From Eledone cirrhosa (lineage: Eukaryota), in NCBI GenBank assembly GCA_964016885.1, contig OZ024746.1, positions 58,528,001 to 58,592,000 on the forward strand: a stretch of 64,000 bases of DNA, in the 5' to 3' direction. The notes beneath the pieces are model-generated. The model was not told where the DNA came from, ran no database searches, and was given only the letters and a program-made list of their open reading frames with translations. The translations under genes were made by a program, and so were the position numbers. Positions 26,821-43,070 of the stretch are shown in pieces. Each line of letters opens with the position of its first letter. Within the stretch, counting starts at the first letter, position 1.

Positions 26821-29124
26821 TATATAATAATGTCCAAGGGAAAGGCAACGCTATTGACTGAGTTGATTAGAACAACGTGTGCTAACAACACACTGACCGG
26901 TCTGGAAATCAAACTCCCGACAAATCAATCGTAAGCGCAACAATATAACCCCATAGCCACGAGTTTTCACAAACAAAAGTATTATCACCACATTAACCAC
27001 AACATGACAGTCAAAATAACCAAAAACGTTTGCTGCATCACGAAACATACTTCAAACATTTAACATTAAGATCAATATAGAAACCAGCTCTGTTACAATA
27101 ACACATTTTAAATTCCACATTCTCCATTCTCCGCATATCCGTTTAATATATTCTTACCTCTTTCACAAAAGATCTATTGTATTTCAGTAAATTGATCATA
27201 ATATATATTGCTAGAATTCTCTTAACTAAACCCAATATCCTGACGATATACCATTGATTTTGACATCACGAAAGTGAATTCTAGTTTTTCTTTCCTTATG
27301 TCAGTATTGTTTTGTAATTTTACTCCTATTTTTTCTAGATAACTCACCTTCCCCCCACCCCCCAACACACACGGATGCATGCACACACGCAAACACAAAT
27401 ACATACATGCAAAGACACACACTCAGTCACACATGCACTCACACAAGCACACATACGCATATTCACTGGCCCACACATTCATATACCTTCCACACACGCA
27501 CACACATGTATGAAGTTCTTAATTCGTGTTGCAGCAGCGCCAATACCATCTTGAAAGCTGCTTAACTTTGTCATCAGTATTATTTTTATTTTTATTATTA
27601 TTTATATTATTATGATATTTTTCTTTAGCTATGAAAATGTTGACAGCAGAAGCTGGTACCATGACACAAACAAAAATTATAAACGTAAAGAACTGATACG
27701 TTTCTCGTATTGTTTTGGCATTTTATTCATAATTAATTCATTTTTTTTTATTTTTCAGATTTTCCTCTCCTTACTTTCATCTACGTCTAGGAATTATTTG
27801 TATATTCGGCTCTCCTAAGTTTGTTGTTTTTCATGTATTATAAAAACCCGTTTTGCATTAATTTATTAATACTTTTGTATCTCTGTATCTAAGGTGACCA
27901 GTTTCAGAGGAAATTAGTGGTTTTCCCATTAACTCTGGCCCCTAAAAGCATAACGTTGCATTTTTTTTTTGTGGCTTGACCCCCTCCCCACAGAAATTTA
28001 AAAAAAAACATGTGAATACCCAAGTTCTCCCAGGAAGAGCTTCAGCTTGCATGAGAGATAGGTGTACAGTGATGTTACCACAGGTGTCACCATTGTCACC
28101 ACCACCAGTACAGACATCATCAACAATACGCCCACCGTCGACAGCAACAGCAACAACAACAGCAGGAGTTACAACGGTAGCGGTTTCAACGATCAAAGCC
28201 AAATGTGTCTTGTGGCAGGTGATGATTTTAATGTTCAACCACTGCTTAAGTCCACCACCATGAACGTCATCGCCTCCACTCCCACAACATTGAACACTAG
28301 TACCACCACCACTACCACTAGCATCACTTCCACGACCACAACAAAGAATACACATAAACAAATATCAAAATCAATGACGGCAACAATAACAGCAACAACA
28401 ACAGCAATAACAAAAGTATAAACAACAACTACAAGAAAAATAATGACGCAGCAGTAAATCATTTTTTCAGACATTGTCACTAATCAAAGGCGCCAAAATA
28501 TTATTAAAATTGTAGTGCGTGTGTGTGTAAGAGAGAAAGGGGGGGCATGATGTGGCCACCTGAAATAGTGGAAGAAAGGGCTACTAAAAGTCATCTTCTA
28601 CATATATGTGTCGCTGCAGGACCGGTAAGCTGTACCTACCACAGCTGGTTAGATTGAGGAAGCTCTAAAAGAAATAATACCTGATGTGTCACTTATTGAA
28701 TGAGGAAAACATTTGCCAATGCCGAGTCCTCTTCAAACCTGAAGACCTTGCGGGAAAACCATCGTTGATCCCTCAATAAGTGAGGAGTTTATCCTTTCTC
28801 CACCGTATCTTTCAAGAATACGGGGTGTTCCACCGACTTGGTGGTAAACCTGGAGATTTTACTACAGTTAAAGCCAGATCAGGCAAAATCCCGAACTAAA
28901 TATAGCAGCCCAACAAAGTAGACACCGGCTCTATTCCTCTGCAGGCCACCTAAGAATGAGCCTTCTGCAGACGGAATATAGGAGACCTGAGGCCACCGCT
29001 GCTGCCAATACCGTCGCCTCAACAGAAGCAACAACAGCGATAATCTACCGCACATGAAGCAGCATTATCAACAACAACAACACCAGGAACAACAACAGCA
29101 ACTATTACACCAGCAAGAAAGCAT

Positions 29125-29520
29125 TGGATTGGCAGTATCGCTAGAGGGTCGGACGCCATGCTTTCCAGCATAGTTACGTCCCTTTACGATCTGAGTTCAA
29201 ATCCCGCTGAGGTTGACTTTGCCTTTCATCCATACGGGGGTCGATAATATAAAGTACCAGTAATGTACTGGGGTAATAGCTGGCTTTGTGCCAAAAGTAG
29301 AAACAATTATTATCAATATTAATGGTGGATTGGCAGTATCGGTAGAAGGTCGGACGCCATGGTTTGACGCATAGAGTTACGGCCCTTGCCATTCTCAGTT
29401 CAAATCCCGCCGAGGTTAACTTTGCCTTTCATCCTTACGGGGTCGATGAAATAAAGTACCAGTAATACACTGGTATTTGCTGGCCTTGTGCCAAAAGTAG
29501 AAACAATTATTATCAATATT
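29125..29520 (+). mobile_element. Two tandem SINE S1 copies
   Basis: tggattggcagtatcg...gttcaaatcccgc...agtagaaacaattattat twice. Confidence 0.85.
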
Positions 29521-30174
29521 ACCTTTATTATTCTTTTTTTCGGTAGATGACTTCGTGATTTACAATGAACCACAATGTCCCATTCTGTTTCCCTGATAGT
29601 CTGTAAAACGTTGTTCGTCATATCATTCAGACCTATCAACTCTCCCTGTCCGACGGGAAGATTTCCTACCCACTATGAGGTGGATGAGAGATGTCTTCTC
29701 TTGTGAAAATGGTTATAGCTTTCATTAGGCACAAGGCCAGCAATTACCCAGTACATTACTAAATAAAGTACCAGTAATGTACTGGGTAATTGCTGGCCTT
29801 GTGCCTAAAGTAGAAACAATTATGTAAAATCTCCCCAATTTGCCTCATTACTCTCCGTTTTGGGGCTCTTTTTTTCATGGTACTCCCCATTTGGGTTTTC
29901 AGAGGTTGGTAGGTCTGCATCATTAGAAATATATTTGTATTACATTTATTTTACTGTTCTGTTATTCGTTTTGTTTTGTCTAGGGTATACTTGCTTTATT
30001 TTTCAGATTCCTTGTTATTAACTTAATGGAATGCCGAAGATGGGCGATGCCCATACTTTTTACACCATTAATCCTTTCGTAGGAAACCTCGTCCCTATCG
30101 TCGGTCCCTGGCATATGCACAAGCAATTAAGAAATATATTTTTTTTTAATTGATTAATAGATACACATAATAGG

Positions 30175-30773
30175 TACCGTATTTCCCGGCGGCGAAGACG
30201 CTTCGTCCTCGAGGACGCACCCTAATCTTGACAACGAAACATTTAAAAAGAAAATAATAAACAACTTCCAGGACACATGCTAGATTTTAAAGACTTATTT
30301 TGGGAAAAAAGTAGCGTCTTCGATGCCGTGAAATACATACATACAGACATGCATATATATATATTGTACCTGTAGTTACCGTCTGCCGATTTTCACTCAC
30401 AAAGTAGCCCGTGGTACAGTAGATAACACCTGTCCGAGATGCCACACAGCGGGATTGAACCTAGAACCAACTAGTTACAAAACAAACTCCTTAAACACAC
30501 AGTCATCCCAGTGCATATGGTGTGGTCGTATTTCTTGAAAATCACTCTTGGATAATATTTTCCTCGGTTCTCTTGTTATATGTAAAAAGACAAAAACGAA
30601 ACAGCCAAGTCCGGAATAAATTTGATTTTTGATCTTCTTGATTAGGACTCTAATTTTGACAACCAAAAATTTGAAAGAAAAAAAAACAATATTCGGCCTC
30701 CAGGACGCATGGTAGAATTTTGAGACTTATTTTAGGAAAACAAGTAGCGTCTTCGACCCCGGGAAATATGGTA
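30175..30773. mobile_element. Tc1/mariner (pogo/Tigger-like) non-autonomous element
   Basis: TIRs TAccgtatttcccggcggcgaagacgc / gcgtcttcgaccccgggaaatatggTA with TA ends; an internal second right end at about 30265-30336. Confidence 0.7.
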
Positions 30774-31622
30774 AGTGTAACAGAGATATAAACTGATTCA
30801 AGGATTCACCAATTTTGTAGATTATCGATTCTTAATGGAATATTTACCCCCTCATCGATCGCTGGCATGTAAACAATAAGTAAATAAATAAATCATTATA
30901 CTGAATATGATATAGACAGGCAATAAAAACTAATTATTTGACACCAGTATAAGTAGTTTGTTTTATTGTATTAAGTTATATCATGTTTTGACCCAAAAGT
31001 TACATCGACAACTTAGAGGTCGATATTGACCACTTTGGAGACCGCTTGCTTATAGTATATATCCTGTGCATCCTTTTGTATTGAAGGATGTTGAATGTGC
31101 ACAATACGTGCTGGGTACGTCATGATACCATCTTGTAATGTAATTATGTGAAATATATCTTATGTTATGTTATAGTGTTGGGTGCTGGAGATTACAGAGG
31201 ACCATTATATTAAGAAACATCACCAGCATGAAATACATGAGAAATTTTGACACATTGAAAAACATACTTATTTTATCAAAACAGTCAGATTTTTCCATAC
31301 GCCAAAAAAGATCCTTTCTCAATTTACCAATTTGCAAATCCTACAAACAAACTAAATCTTCATGATGACGAGATATAGACCTGAGAACAGCTAATATATA
31401 TGGGTTAGTGATTTGGTGACGATATTACTGATGAAATACTCTATTTCAGTTAATTAATGAATACTTTCGTGGTTCTTGTATAGAATTGGGCTCAACAGTA
31501 AATTATGATAATGTGCATAAAAAGGTATCTTTATATCTTTGTTATTTGTCTAACATAAGGTGATCTTTAGAGAAAACTATAATCTATAACCGTTTAATGT
31601 TTACACTACACCCATACATACG

Positions 31623-31686
<64 letters not shown>

Positions 31687-31734
31687 AATATGTGTGTGTA
31701 TGTATGTGTGTGTGTAGATAGATATATCGACAGT

Positions 31735-31950
31735 CAATCGACTTTCATCCAATCGGACCGAAGAAACAATGTTTCCATTGGTCTTTCCAATTGCTAATAC
31801 TATCTATCGGTCGTAACTCCAGGTAGAAGGAGCAACGTCAAATAAATTGTCTAGCTCAGGGACACAACACATCGCCCGGTCCGGGAAACGAACTCACAAC
31901 CTCACCATTGTGAATCCAATTCTCTAACCTCTCAGCCACGTGCCTTCATA
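31735..31950 (-). mobile_element. SINE S2
   Basis: Homologous to 22430-22650. Confidence 0.8.
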
Positions 31951-33659
<1,709 letters not shown>

Positions 33660-33696
33660 ATTAAATAAATGGAAACTATATTTATAAAACCATATT

Positions 33697-33762
33697 TATT
33701 TCATTATATATATTTCAGGGATATCATATTAACAATATGCTATGCCTTGCTCAGACAAAATA
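33697..33762 (-). ncRNA. Hammerhead (family A) with a core mutation (CTGAGCA)
   Basis: Reverse complement of 37267-37332 except for the G8>C core change. Confidence 0.65.
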
Positions 33763-35165
33763 CAATATAAACAGTTTTATAGATAAATAGATTCGACATA
33801 CCGTAACAACATCTACTTGCATTTGAGAAGGTTGATTTGGTGGTGACAAAATTGTACACAGAGAGAAAGAAAGAGAGAGAGAAAGAGAGAAAAAAGAGAG
33901 AAAAAAAAGGAAAGAAAGACAGAAAACGAAGAAAAAGAAAAAGAAGAAATGCATGGAACAAAATAGAGAGATGGAAAGATAGATAAAGAGAAGAACTTCA
34001 TGTAAAGAAACAGAAAGAGATATATATATAGAGAGAGAGAGGAAATAGAGATAGATACATATAGAAAGCTAGGTAGTGGGACGACTGTTGAATAACGTAT
34101 CAATGATACATTTATTTATTTATTTATTTATTTAGCTCTAGTATTAATGTAAGGGAGATATATGGAGGGAAAACCAGCTGTTATATAGGGAGAGAAAAAA
34201 TATAGAGAGAGAAAAAAAGAGAGAGAAAAAATTCAAAAATATCCAGACACAGGCGAGGCGTAAAAACCTCTGTTTCAATGTAGAGGTATTAGTATTTACA
34301 AAACCAGCCTCTACATTGTATTTATCAGTATTCCTGAATGAGATATGTATCCACAATGTGTGAAAATTAATGATCTTATGTTTAGTTTTTTAAAAAAATT
34401 CATATGTTTATGTGATAATTACAAACATCTATGTGAATGTACATGATCAATTCTGCAAACCCTAAGTTCACGGAAAGTATTCTCAATGCGGTATAAAAAT
34501 TTAAGTATACATATATGTGTATATAGAGTCAATATTACTATTTCTGTCTCTACTCTACAAGATTATCTATCAAGCAAAGATAGAGCAGATTTCAATATAC
34601 TAATAAAAATAAAAATAAAAATAAAAATAAAAATAAAAATATATCGGAAACAAAACTAAAAATAACAATAATAATAATAAGTAATAATAAAATAGAAAAC
34701 TAAGAAATATTACGAAAGAATATTACATATTAAAAATATTACATATTAAAAAATTTACATATTAAAAATATTAAAAATAAAAATTAGGAAATACTACAAT
34801 AATAAAAATAAAATAAACCACAAAGATCAACCCTTCAAAATTAATTGACAATATATTGCCAAGTTCATTATAAACATCAGAGTCGAAAAACAGATAAAGC
34901 CAAAAATTATCTATCAAATCGCATCTAGCAAAGATCGTTTTAAAAAGTATAGGATGCCCAATTTGGTCTACATGTGTTCTTATATTTAATATAGAAGTTT
35001 ATCTAGTGTAACGTTTATTCGAAATATTTGGAGCATCAACTTTTAGGATAGCTTAATTTTTCATGAAGAATGCTTAAATAAATAAAATAAAAATAGAAAG
35101 AATAAAAAGAGAATCAAAGATTTATCGGCTAGTTTCCCATATAATTATAAATCAAACTAAATATA

Positions 35166-36812
35166 CTACATTTTAAATTTAAATTTATATTTAAACGTTG
35201 AGTTTAATCTATGTTTGCAACAACTGAATAAATTTGTCCGTAGATTAAGAGAATTTTTAGATCTTAGTATAAAGAATATCTCCTCTGCGCAGAGGTCACA
35301 TGTCTCAGAGGATGAATTAAAAGGAATCCCTCTTGAGACTATATTCCAAGCCGTCGAATATCTAACGTTATCTAGCTTAAGTTGCCATAGTACGCCTGAT
35401 AGTGCCGTTGAAGATTTTTTTACTTGGATCTGTGAAAGAATTCTTGTGGTTATTATAGCGAAGTTTAAATTCCGTCGATGTGGAACCGACGTAGTTAAAA
35501 GAATTAGAGTCAGTATTAACATTACAATTGTATACTATATTTTTAACTAAGCAGTTGTTATTTAACGGACATTTAGATCTATCTCTACAGTTACATTTGT
35601 TAACTTGTATATTATTTATGCTGTTATCACTAGGTTTTAAGTTCCTATTATTTATTCTATTGATATTTTGTGCTAAATTTTTGGTGGATGAGTAGGTTAA
35701 TTTAATTGTATGTCTATTGAAAATTGAGTGATATCTATGTGTTCTAGGGAAGCGATTATCAAGAGCTTTAAAAAATAGTTTAGCGATGTGGGTTTTAATG
35801 TTTAGTGAGAAAGGGGGGGGGGACCAAATTATGTTCCTAGTTCTATTTCTTTTTTGGCCTTTGGAGTTATTGTAATGCTTTCTATTATAGTTGTTAAGGA
35901 TGTTGCCTTAATTAAAAAAGTTGTTACTTTGTTTAGTTTGTCTATCATTATCTATGTACACAATCTTATCAGCATATCCTGCTCTAGCTAATGCTTCATT
36001 GTAGTATTGGGCTTTTTCGTCGAAAATCTTTCTATTCGACGAGATCCTAGAGATACGTTTTTGGACAGAGTTTACTATAGTGTTTTTGACAGATCTGGGG
36101 TGGTTAGAGTTAAAGTTTACATAGTTTAAGTTTTCATTCAACTTGTGAAAAGGATAGTGAAGACATGTGTTGAGATTTAATGTTATATCTAGGAAATTGA
36201 CTATTCTATGGTTGTTTTCAATTTCTATTTTAAGATTAAAGTAATTAAAAAATTGCGTAATTTGTTTACATTATCTATTTAGTTCAGAGTTATTATTATC
36301 AATAAGTAAAAGCATGTCGTCTCTATATAAACCTCCGGTAGTACCGGGTATTTTCCTATGTAGCGAATTGATTAAAAATAAACCCACAAGGTCAGTTACC
36401 TGGGCTGAGTCGGATGATCCCATAGTAATGTCAAAATTGCTATCTCTATCTGCTCTGGTCCATAGTTGGTCATTAAATTCTATCAAAGTTTTCCTAGCCG
36501 ATAATATAATATGCATTTCATTGCTAGTTAGGTCAGTATGTTTGAATGCGTAATTTAGTGCCTTATTTAGTAGATTAGGGGTAATAGAAGAATAATAGTT
36601 AGCTATATCAAGTTGAATAAACTTATTATTATTGTTATATTTAATTTGCTTAAACCACTCAACGACCTCTCCAGTTCCCTTCCACAAGCTCAGGTTAGAT
36701 AAACAATCCAAGTTCTTAATTTGCTGTATCACCCTGTCAAGAATGTTTTTGCTTAATTTGCCCAGGTCCGATTTTGATGGTGCGATCAATCTAACTGGCA
36801 GGTCATTTTCAA
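35166..36812 (-). pseudogene. PLE RT plus Cys-rich GIY-YIG endonuclease, fragmented
   Basis: RLIAPSKSDLGKLSK, IQLDIANYYSSI, FDITMGSSDSAQVTDLVGLF, GGLYRDD, YVNFNSNHP, TALSGVLWQLK, CDLCAEE, LNLRTNLFSCCKH (ORFs 36271..36789, 35908..36141, 35166..35522). Confidence 0.92.
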
Positions 36813-37266
36813 AATTCCGCTCTCTCTATATTTTTTCTCTCCCTATATAACAGCTGGTTTTCCCTCCATATATCTCCCTTACATTAATACAAGAGCTAAA
36901 TAAATAAATAAATAAATAAATGTATCATTGATACGTTATTCAACAGTCGTCCCACTACCTAGCTTTCTATATGTATCTATCTCTATTTCCTCTCTCTCTA
37001 TATATATATATATCTTTCTGTTTCTTTACATGAAGTTCTTCTCTTTATCTATCTTTCCATCTCTCTATTTTGTTCCATGCATTTCTTCTTTTTCTTTTTC
37101 TTCGTTTTCTATCTTTCTTTCCTTTTTTTCTCTCTTTTTCTCTCTTTCTCTCTCTCTTTCTTTCTCTCTGTGTACGATGTTGTCACTACCAAATCAACCT
37201 TCTCAAATGCAAGTAGATGTTGTTACGGTATGTCGAATCTATTTATCTATAAAACTGTTTATATTG

Positions 37267-37332
37267 TATTTTGTCTGAGGAAGGCATAGCATATTGTTAA
37301 TATGATATCCCTGAAATATATATAATGAAATA
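37267..37332 (+). ncRNA. Type I hammerhead ribozyme (family A)
   Basis: tattttgt-CTGAGGA-aggcatagcatattgttaatatgatatccct-GAAA-TATATATA-atgaaata. Confidence 0.75.
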
Positions 37333-37462
37333 AATATGGTTTTATAAATATAGTTTCCATTTATTTAATATTGTAAATATACTCCAAATATTTGTCGAGT
37401 GCTTTTATATCAGTTATAAATATTTACTAGTTGTAACCCAACAATTTAAATATAACGTTGCA

Positions 37463-37700
37463 TATATATATATATATATATTTATATATACATATATTTA
37501 TATATATATATTTATATATATATATTTATATATATATATTTATATATATATATTTATATATATATATTTATATATATATATATTTATATATATATATTTA
37601 TAAATATATATTTATATATATATATATTTATATATATATATTTATATATATATATGTATATATATATATTTATATATATATATTTATATATATATATATT

Positions 37701-37750
<50 letters not shown>

Positions 37751-37804
37751 TATATATATATATTTATATATATATATTTATATATATATATTGATATATA
37801 TATT

Positions 37805-37868
<64 letters not shown>

Positions 37869-37884
37869 TATATATATATATATT

Positions 37885-37934
<50 letters not shown>

Positions 37935-38008
37935 TATATATATATATTTATATATATATATATTTATATATATATATATTTATATATATATATATTTATA
38001 TATATATA

Positions 38009-38047
<39 letters not shown>

Positions 38048-38200
38048 GTATATATATATATATTTATTTATATATATATATATATTTATTTATATATATA
38101 TATATTTATTTATATATATATATATTTATTTATATATATATATATTTATTTATATATATATATTTATTTATATATATATATATTTATATATATATATATT

Positions 38201-38236
<36 letters not shown>

Positions 38237-38258
38237 TATTTATATATATTTATTTATT

Positions 38259-38332
<74 letters not shown>

Positions 38333-38472
38333 TATATATATATTTATATATATATATTTATATATATATATTTATATATATATATATTTATATATATATA
38401 TTTATATATATATATATTTATATATATATATTTATATATATATATTTATATATATATATATTTATATATATA

Positions 38473-38512
<40 letters not shown>
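37463..38512. repeat. (TA)n/(TATT) microsatellite
   Basis: Direct inspection. Confidence 0.97.
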
Positions 38513-38513
<1 letters not shown>

Positions 38514-38990
38514 CGTTTCTGAATTTGTTTAGCAAGATTCTTTATCTGAAATCGTGTGTTGAAACCTATATTGTTATACTTTGGGAGGGTCATGTTGCCA
38601 ATAAGAACAAACAACCAACCAATAACATGTAAATAAATAAACAAATAGATAAATGAACACAAACACACACAGACACCCGGATGTGGCGCATGCGCAAACT
38701 GAGCACACAACACACACACAGAAACAAAATGGCGTAGGACAGAAGAAAGGAAAGGCACAGAAACAAAGAAAGGAATCCCCAGTCACTGAAGAGGTCACAG
38801 AGTGTGTGACGAAAGGACTATGACTATATATAAACAACTATCTGGCTGTGGAACCAACCAACCAACCAGAAATTTATAAATTTGTAGATTTGTAGATTTA
38901 TAAATTTATAAATATATAATAAATAGAAGTGAAAGCAACTGGTGCGTGTGTTTCTTATTGGCAACATGACCCTCCCAAAGTATAACAATA
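38513..38990 (+). mobile_element. Short HHR-bearing insertion (family F) with a roughly 40-bp inverted end
   Basis: tattgttatactttgggagggtcatgttgccaataagaa (about 38568-38607) is the reverse complement of about 38952-38990; internal HHR; (TA)n flanks. Confidence 0.75.
38781..38825 (+). ncRNA. Minimal type I hammerhead motif (family F)
   Basis: agtca-CTGAAGA-g-gtcaca-gagtg-tgtgac-GAAA-gga-CTA-tgact; one extra unpaired G at the base of stem II. Confidence 0.7.
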
Positions 38991-38998
38991 TATATATA

Positions 38999-39069
<71 letters not shown>

Positions 39070-39171
39070 ATTTATTTATATATATATATATATTTATTTA
39101 TATATATATATATATATTTATTTATATATATATATATATATATTTATTTATATATATATATATATATTATT

Positions 39172-39202
<31 letters not shown>

Positions 39203-39341
39203 ATATATATTTATTTATATATATATATATATTTATTTATATATATAAATATATATATTTATTTATATATACATATATTTATATATATATATATTTATAT
39301 ATATATATATTTATTTATATATATATATATTTATATATATA

Positions 39342-39408
<67 letters not shown>

Positions 39409-40049
39409 TCGCGTATGTGTGTATGTGTGTGTGTATGGGTATGGAAGCTGTGACACGCGTGCACGTCTATGTATGTACGTTTCCAGTGGACATTTTAATG
39501 CTATTTTCGTACTTATATCGACCCTACTGTAAGTAGAAAAATAGTCAGTAAAATCTGGCATTGACTAATGTATATTGTCTGCATTACATCTGTAATGATA
39601 TTTAAGTACGTGTATCTCTCTGATCATCTTTCTTCCACTGTGCATATATATATATACTTATATATTATATATACATATATGTATATGTGATGTGTGTGTT
39701 TGTGTCCGATTGCCTTCTGTGTGTGTATCTTTTTATATCAGTGTCTGTGAATGTATGTTTGTCTGTCTCTGTATGTATGTGTGTGTGTGTATGTGTGTTT
39801 GGGTGTGTGTAGAAAGACAGAAGAAGATAGTGTCATTTGGCCATTTAAAATTCACTCTTTGAATTAAAATGGAAGAGCATTAAAAACAACACTAATAACA
39901 AAACCAAAACTACCGCCAGCCCCACCAACATCTGCTCCATTTATATCAAGTAACCAAATACTGCAGCGGAAATATGTACGAAAATAATTTTCCATACAAC
40001 CACCTCCATTACATTGCAATCTTAAACATATCTAACGGCAATCTTATAT

Positions 40050-40620
40050 TAGAATTTCTACTATAGGCACAAGGCCAACAATTTGGGTAATGAGAAAGAC
40101 GATTAAATTGACACCAATGCATGTCTGGTACTATATTTTATCGACCTTGTAAGGATGAAAGGCAAAGTTAACATCGGCAGCATTTGAACTCAGAATGTAA
40201 AGGGCCGTAACTTTATGCCTGGAAGCAGGTTGTCTTATATAATGGTTTCTGTTATAGGCACAAGGTCAGCAACTTGGGAAGAGGAAATACGATTAAATCG
40301 ACCACAGTGCATGACTGGTACTGTATTTTATCGACTTCTTAAGGACGAAAGGCAAAGCTAACCTCACCAGGATTTGAACTCAGAATGTAAAGGGATGTAA
40401 CTCTATGCCCGGAAGCAGGGTGTCTTGTATAATAATTGTTTCTACTTTAGGCATAAGGCCAACAAATGGGAGGAGAAAGATGATTAAACGAATCCAGTGC
40501 ATGAATGATACTTTATTTTATCGAGCACGTAAGGATGAAAGCTAAAGCTAACCTCCCCAGGATTTGAACTCACAATGTAAAGGGTCGTAACTGTATGCCC
40601 GGAAGCAGAGTGTCTAGTAT
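40050..40620 (-). mobile_element. Three head-to-tail SINE S1-related copies (about 185-bp period)
   Basis: taggcacaaggcc...aaggatgaaaggcaaag...tttgaactcagaatgtaaaggg...ggaagcagg repeated three times. Confidence 0.8.
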
Positions 40621-40959
40621 AATAATATTTAATATCATCAACATTTCCATCAGTGCCGTACGATGTTGATGATCTCCAGGGTCTTCATCATGAGGGAGCT
40701 ATACCATGGCTGTAGGGATACATTGAGAGTTCAGGGAGGGGGGGGGGGGGTCATATGGAGGCAATTTTGATCGATGGTTTCAGGCTTTTGTTTACATACT
40801 CGAGAAGTTGGTCTGCTGCTGTTATTTAAAACATTGATCTCATAGCTGTTTCCTTATCCTGAGCTGTCCTAATAAACACTTACGTCGCAGATTTCAAGCT
40901 AGATGACGCTAACAACCGATGGGTTAGAGTTTTATCAACATCAACATTGTTGTCTCTCT

Positions 40960-41010
40960 CTACTACTACTACTACTACTACTACTGCTGCGGCTGATGCT
41001 ATTGCTGATG

Positions 41011-41070
<60 letters not shown>
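40960..41070. repeat. (CTA)n microsatellite
   Basis: Direct inspection. Confidence 0.95.
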
Positions 41071-41489
41071 TTATCATTTAGATTTCGCGAATCGATAGAG
41101 CCTTGGACGAAATGCTTTACCGTATTTGTACCGTATGTTTACGTTCAGAGTTCGAATCCCATTGTGGTCAACTTTGTCTTACATTGCTCGGGGATAAAAT
41201 AAAGCATCATTACAATACTGATAACAATTGATTCGGATCCCCTGCCCGCAAGACTTTTGCTCATATGCTTAAATTAGAAATTATTAAGGTGACAGACTGG
41301 CTGAATTTCACATCTCTTGGCAAAATGATTTGAGGCATTTCGTTTTATGTTCAAATCTCACCGAAGTGGAGCGACGTAATAGTATGCACTTCGCTAAACA
41401 ACACGCCGCCCGGTCGGGGATTTGAACGAAAACATATAGGCCCAATAATCTAACCACTAAGCCCCGCATGATTACAATCCACACACAGC

Positions 41490-41637
41490 AAATAATTGTT
41501 TCTACTTTTGGCACAAGGCCAGCAATTTCACCAGTGCATTACTGGTACTTTATTTTTTCGACCCCGTAAGGATGAAAGGCAAAGGTAACCTCGGTGGGAT
41601 TTGAACTCAGAACCCAAAGGGCCTAAACTCTATGCTA
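41490..41637 (-). mobile_element. SINE S1 (5'-truncated)
   Basis: Reverse complement of the S1 body and tail. Confidence 0.8.
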
Positions 41638-42089
41638 CTAAGAAAATAATATTATGACCCAAGGGTCTATGTGGTGGATGGAGACAAACAATCTTGTAGT
41701 GGAGAATAAACTCTCAATGAAATGAACTCCAACGTGTGGACGACACTTAATTACAGTTTTGCTTTCGTATTATACATGTTTATAGATCAAGTCAATCGTA
41801 CGTAAGAAAGACACGTCTGTATTTAAATTCAGCCAGTGAGCTATATCGTTTATGAATTAAAAAGAGATTCTCTATGTTTTGTAAATATTAAGCAAACATG
41901 CAACTGCTCTGAAATCTTCAGTTGGGAATATACACTATCCAAAACATTTGTTCTACAGACCAGTTCACATTACAATTCTATTAATATTCTACTAATATTC
42001 AGTTGGTAAAAATGCTAAACTGCTAAAATGTTTAAAATGTCATCTCGGTATGTTGTGGTTAAGTGCGGCTTTACTGAAAAGCAATAGCG

Positions 42090-42850
42090 TTAATAATAAT
42101 TATTTCTTGATTGTCCACTAGGGCTGAAATATAAAGGACAATATAAAAACATGAACATTGGGTATTTTACATTAAACGAGTGAAAAGAAAAGATAACACG
42201 TGCCAATTAACAACATATTATTAACTATGAAATCCCCCAATAGGGGTGGCACTTTCTGGTAATTTAGGAACCCAATAGATCCAAATCCACCCTAATCTCC
42301 AAGAGCATTACGGAAAGTGCCCCTCTCCTCTCTAAACACTCCAGACAGCGGGCTCAGGGTCAGAGTAGGCCCATTCACACGGGCCATCCTCCCTAAATTC
42401 ACCCACCTTCCTTTCCAATTGTACTTTGAAAACTTTGATAAGGGCTTGATCGAAGAAACCGAGTCTGTCTTCAGTCTTTCCCAATGCGTCCACCACATAA
42501 TCTCTTTCGCTACAACACCAATACAGTGGAAAAGAAGGCGGGGCGCGATCTGTACGATAGATTCGGGCGCTAGCCAGTTCCGCCTTACACGCAATATTAG
42601 CTATTCGACAAAACTCCACAAGACAGCAATGCTCCGTCACGGGACCACTTCGTGCAGAACGGGTTCATCGTTCTGAGAACATCTCGGAAAGTGCCGTCTG
42701 AACAGCATTTTCACATGTAGAGTTTTATTTCGAACTGTGAGTGCCTCCCGATAGCACTGCCAATCCATGGATTTCCGGAGATTACCCGTAGTCTCTGGCT
42801 TGAATGTTCTCCCAAACTGATTCATTCGTTCGATTTCAAACAAGGATCAG
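42090..42850 (-). mobile_element. Tx1/L1-group LINE 3' fragment (degenerate C-terminal zinc-knuckle region plus 3'UTR)
   Basis: WQCYREALTVRNK...PRCSQNDEPVLH...IAVLWSFVE...VVAKEIMWWT; 3' end cagccctagtggacaatcaagaaataattatt is shared with 48960-49030. Confidence 0.7.
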
Positions 42851-42904
42851 ATTTTCTCCGAGAACAAAACCATTAATTGTGGTTCCACGATCGGTGGATG
42901 TAGG

Positions 42905-43070
42905 ATCAGTCAAACGACATGGTATTACTTATCTCCGAAGCAGGTGATCTCCGATATGTATTTGATAAGTTTGAAGCCGAGTGCAACACGGCTGGAATGA
43001 AAATCAATGCTGCCACTACTGAGACGCTCGTCTTTTCAAGGAAGCCTTTGCTGTGAACTCTACGTGTGAG
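42905..43070 (+). mobile_element. RTE-clade RT fragment
   Basis: Manual translation NDMVLLISEAGDLRYVFDKFEAECNTAGMKINAATTETLVFSRKP; followed at 43195-43278 by (GAA)n. Confidence 0.65.

Noticed and set aside
28560-29110. GC-richer segment that might be an exon or LINE ORF1 relic
   Set aside because: No ORF of 60 aa or more and no recognisable motif
31428-31450. CTGATGAaatactctatttcag
   Set aside because: Forms a small hairpin but lacks GAAA-NUH and stem I
40050-40620. CRISPR-like regular repeats (also 47690-49395 and 56560-58297)
   Set aside because: Eukaryotic context, no unique spacers and no cas genes; these are tandem SINEs or a minisatellite
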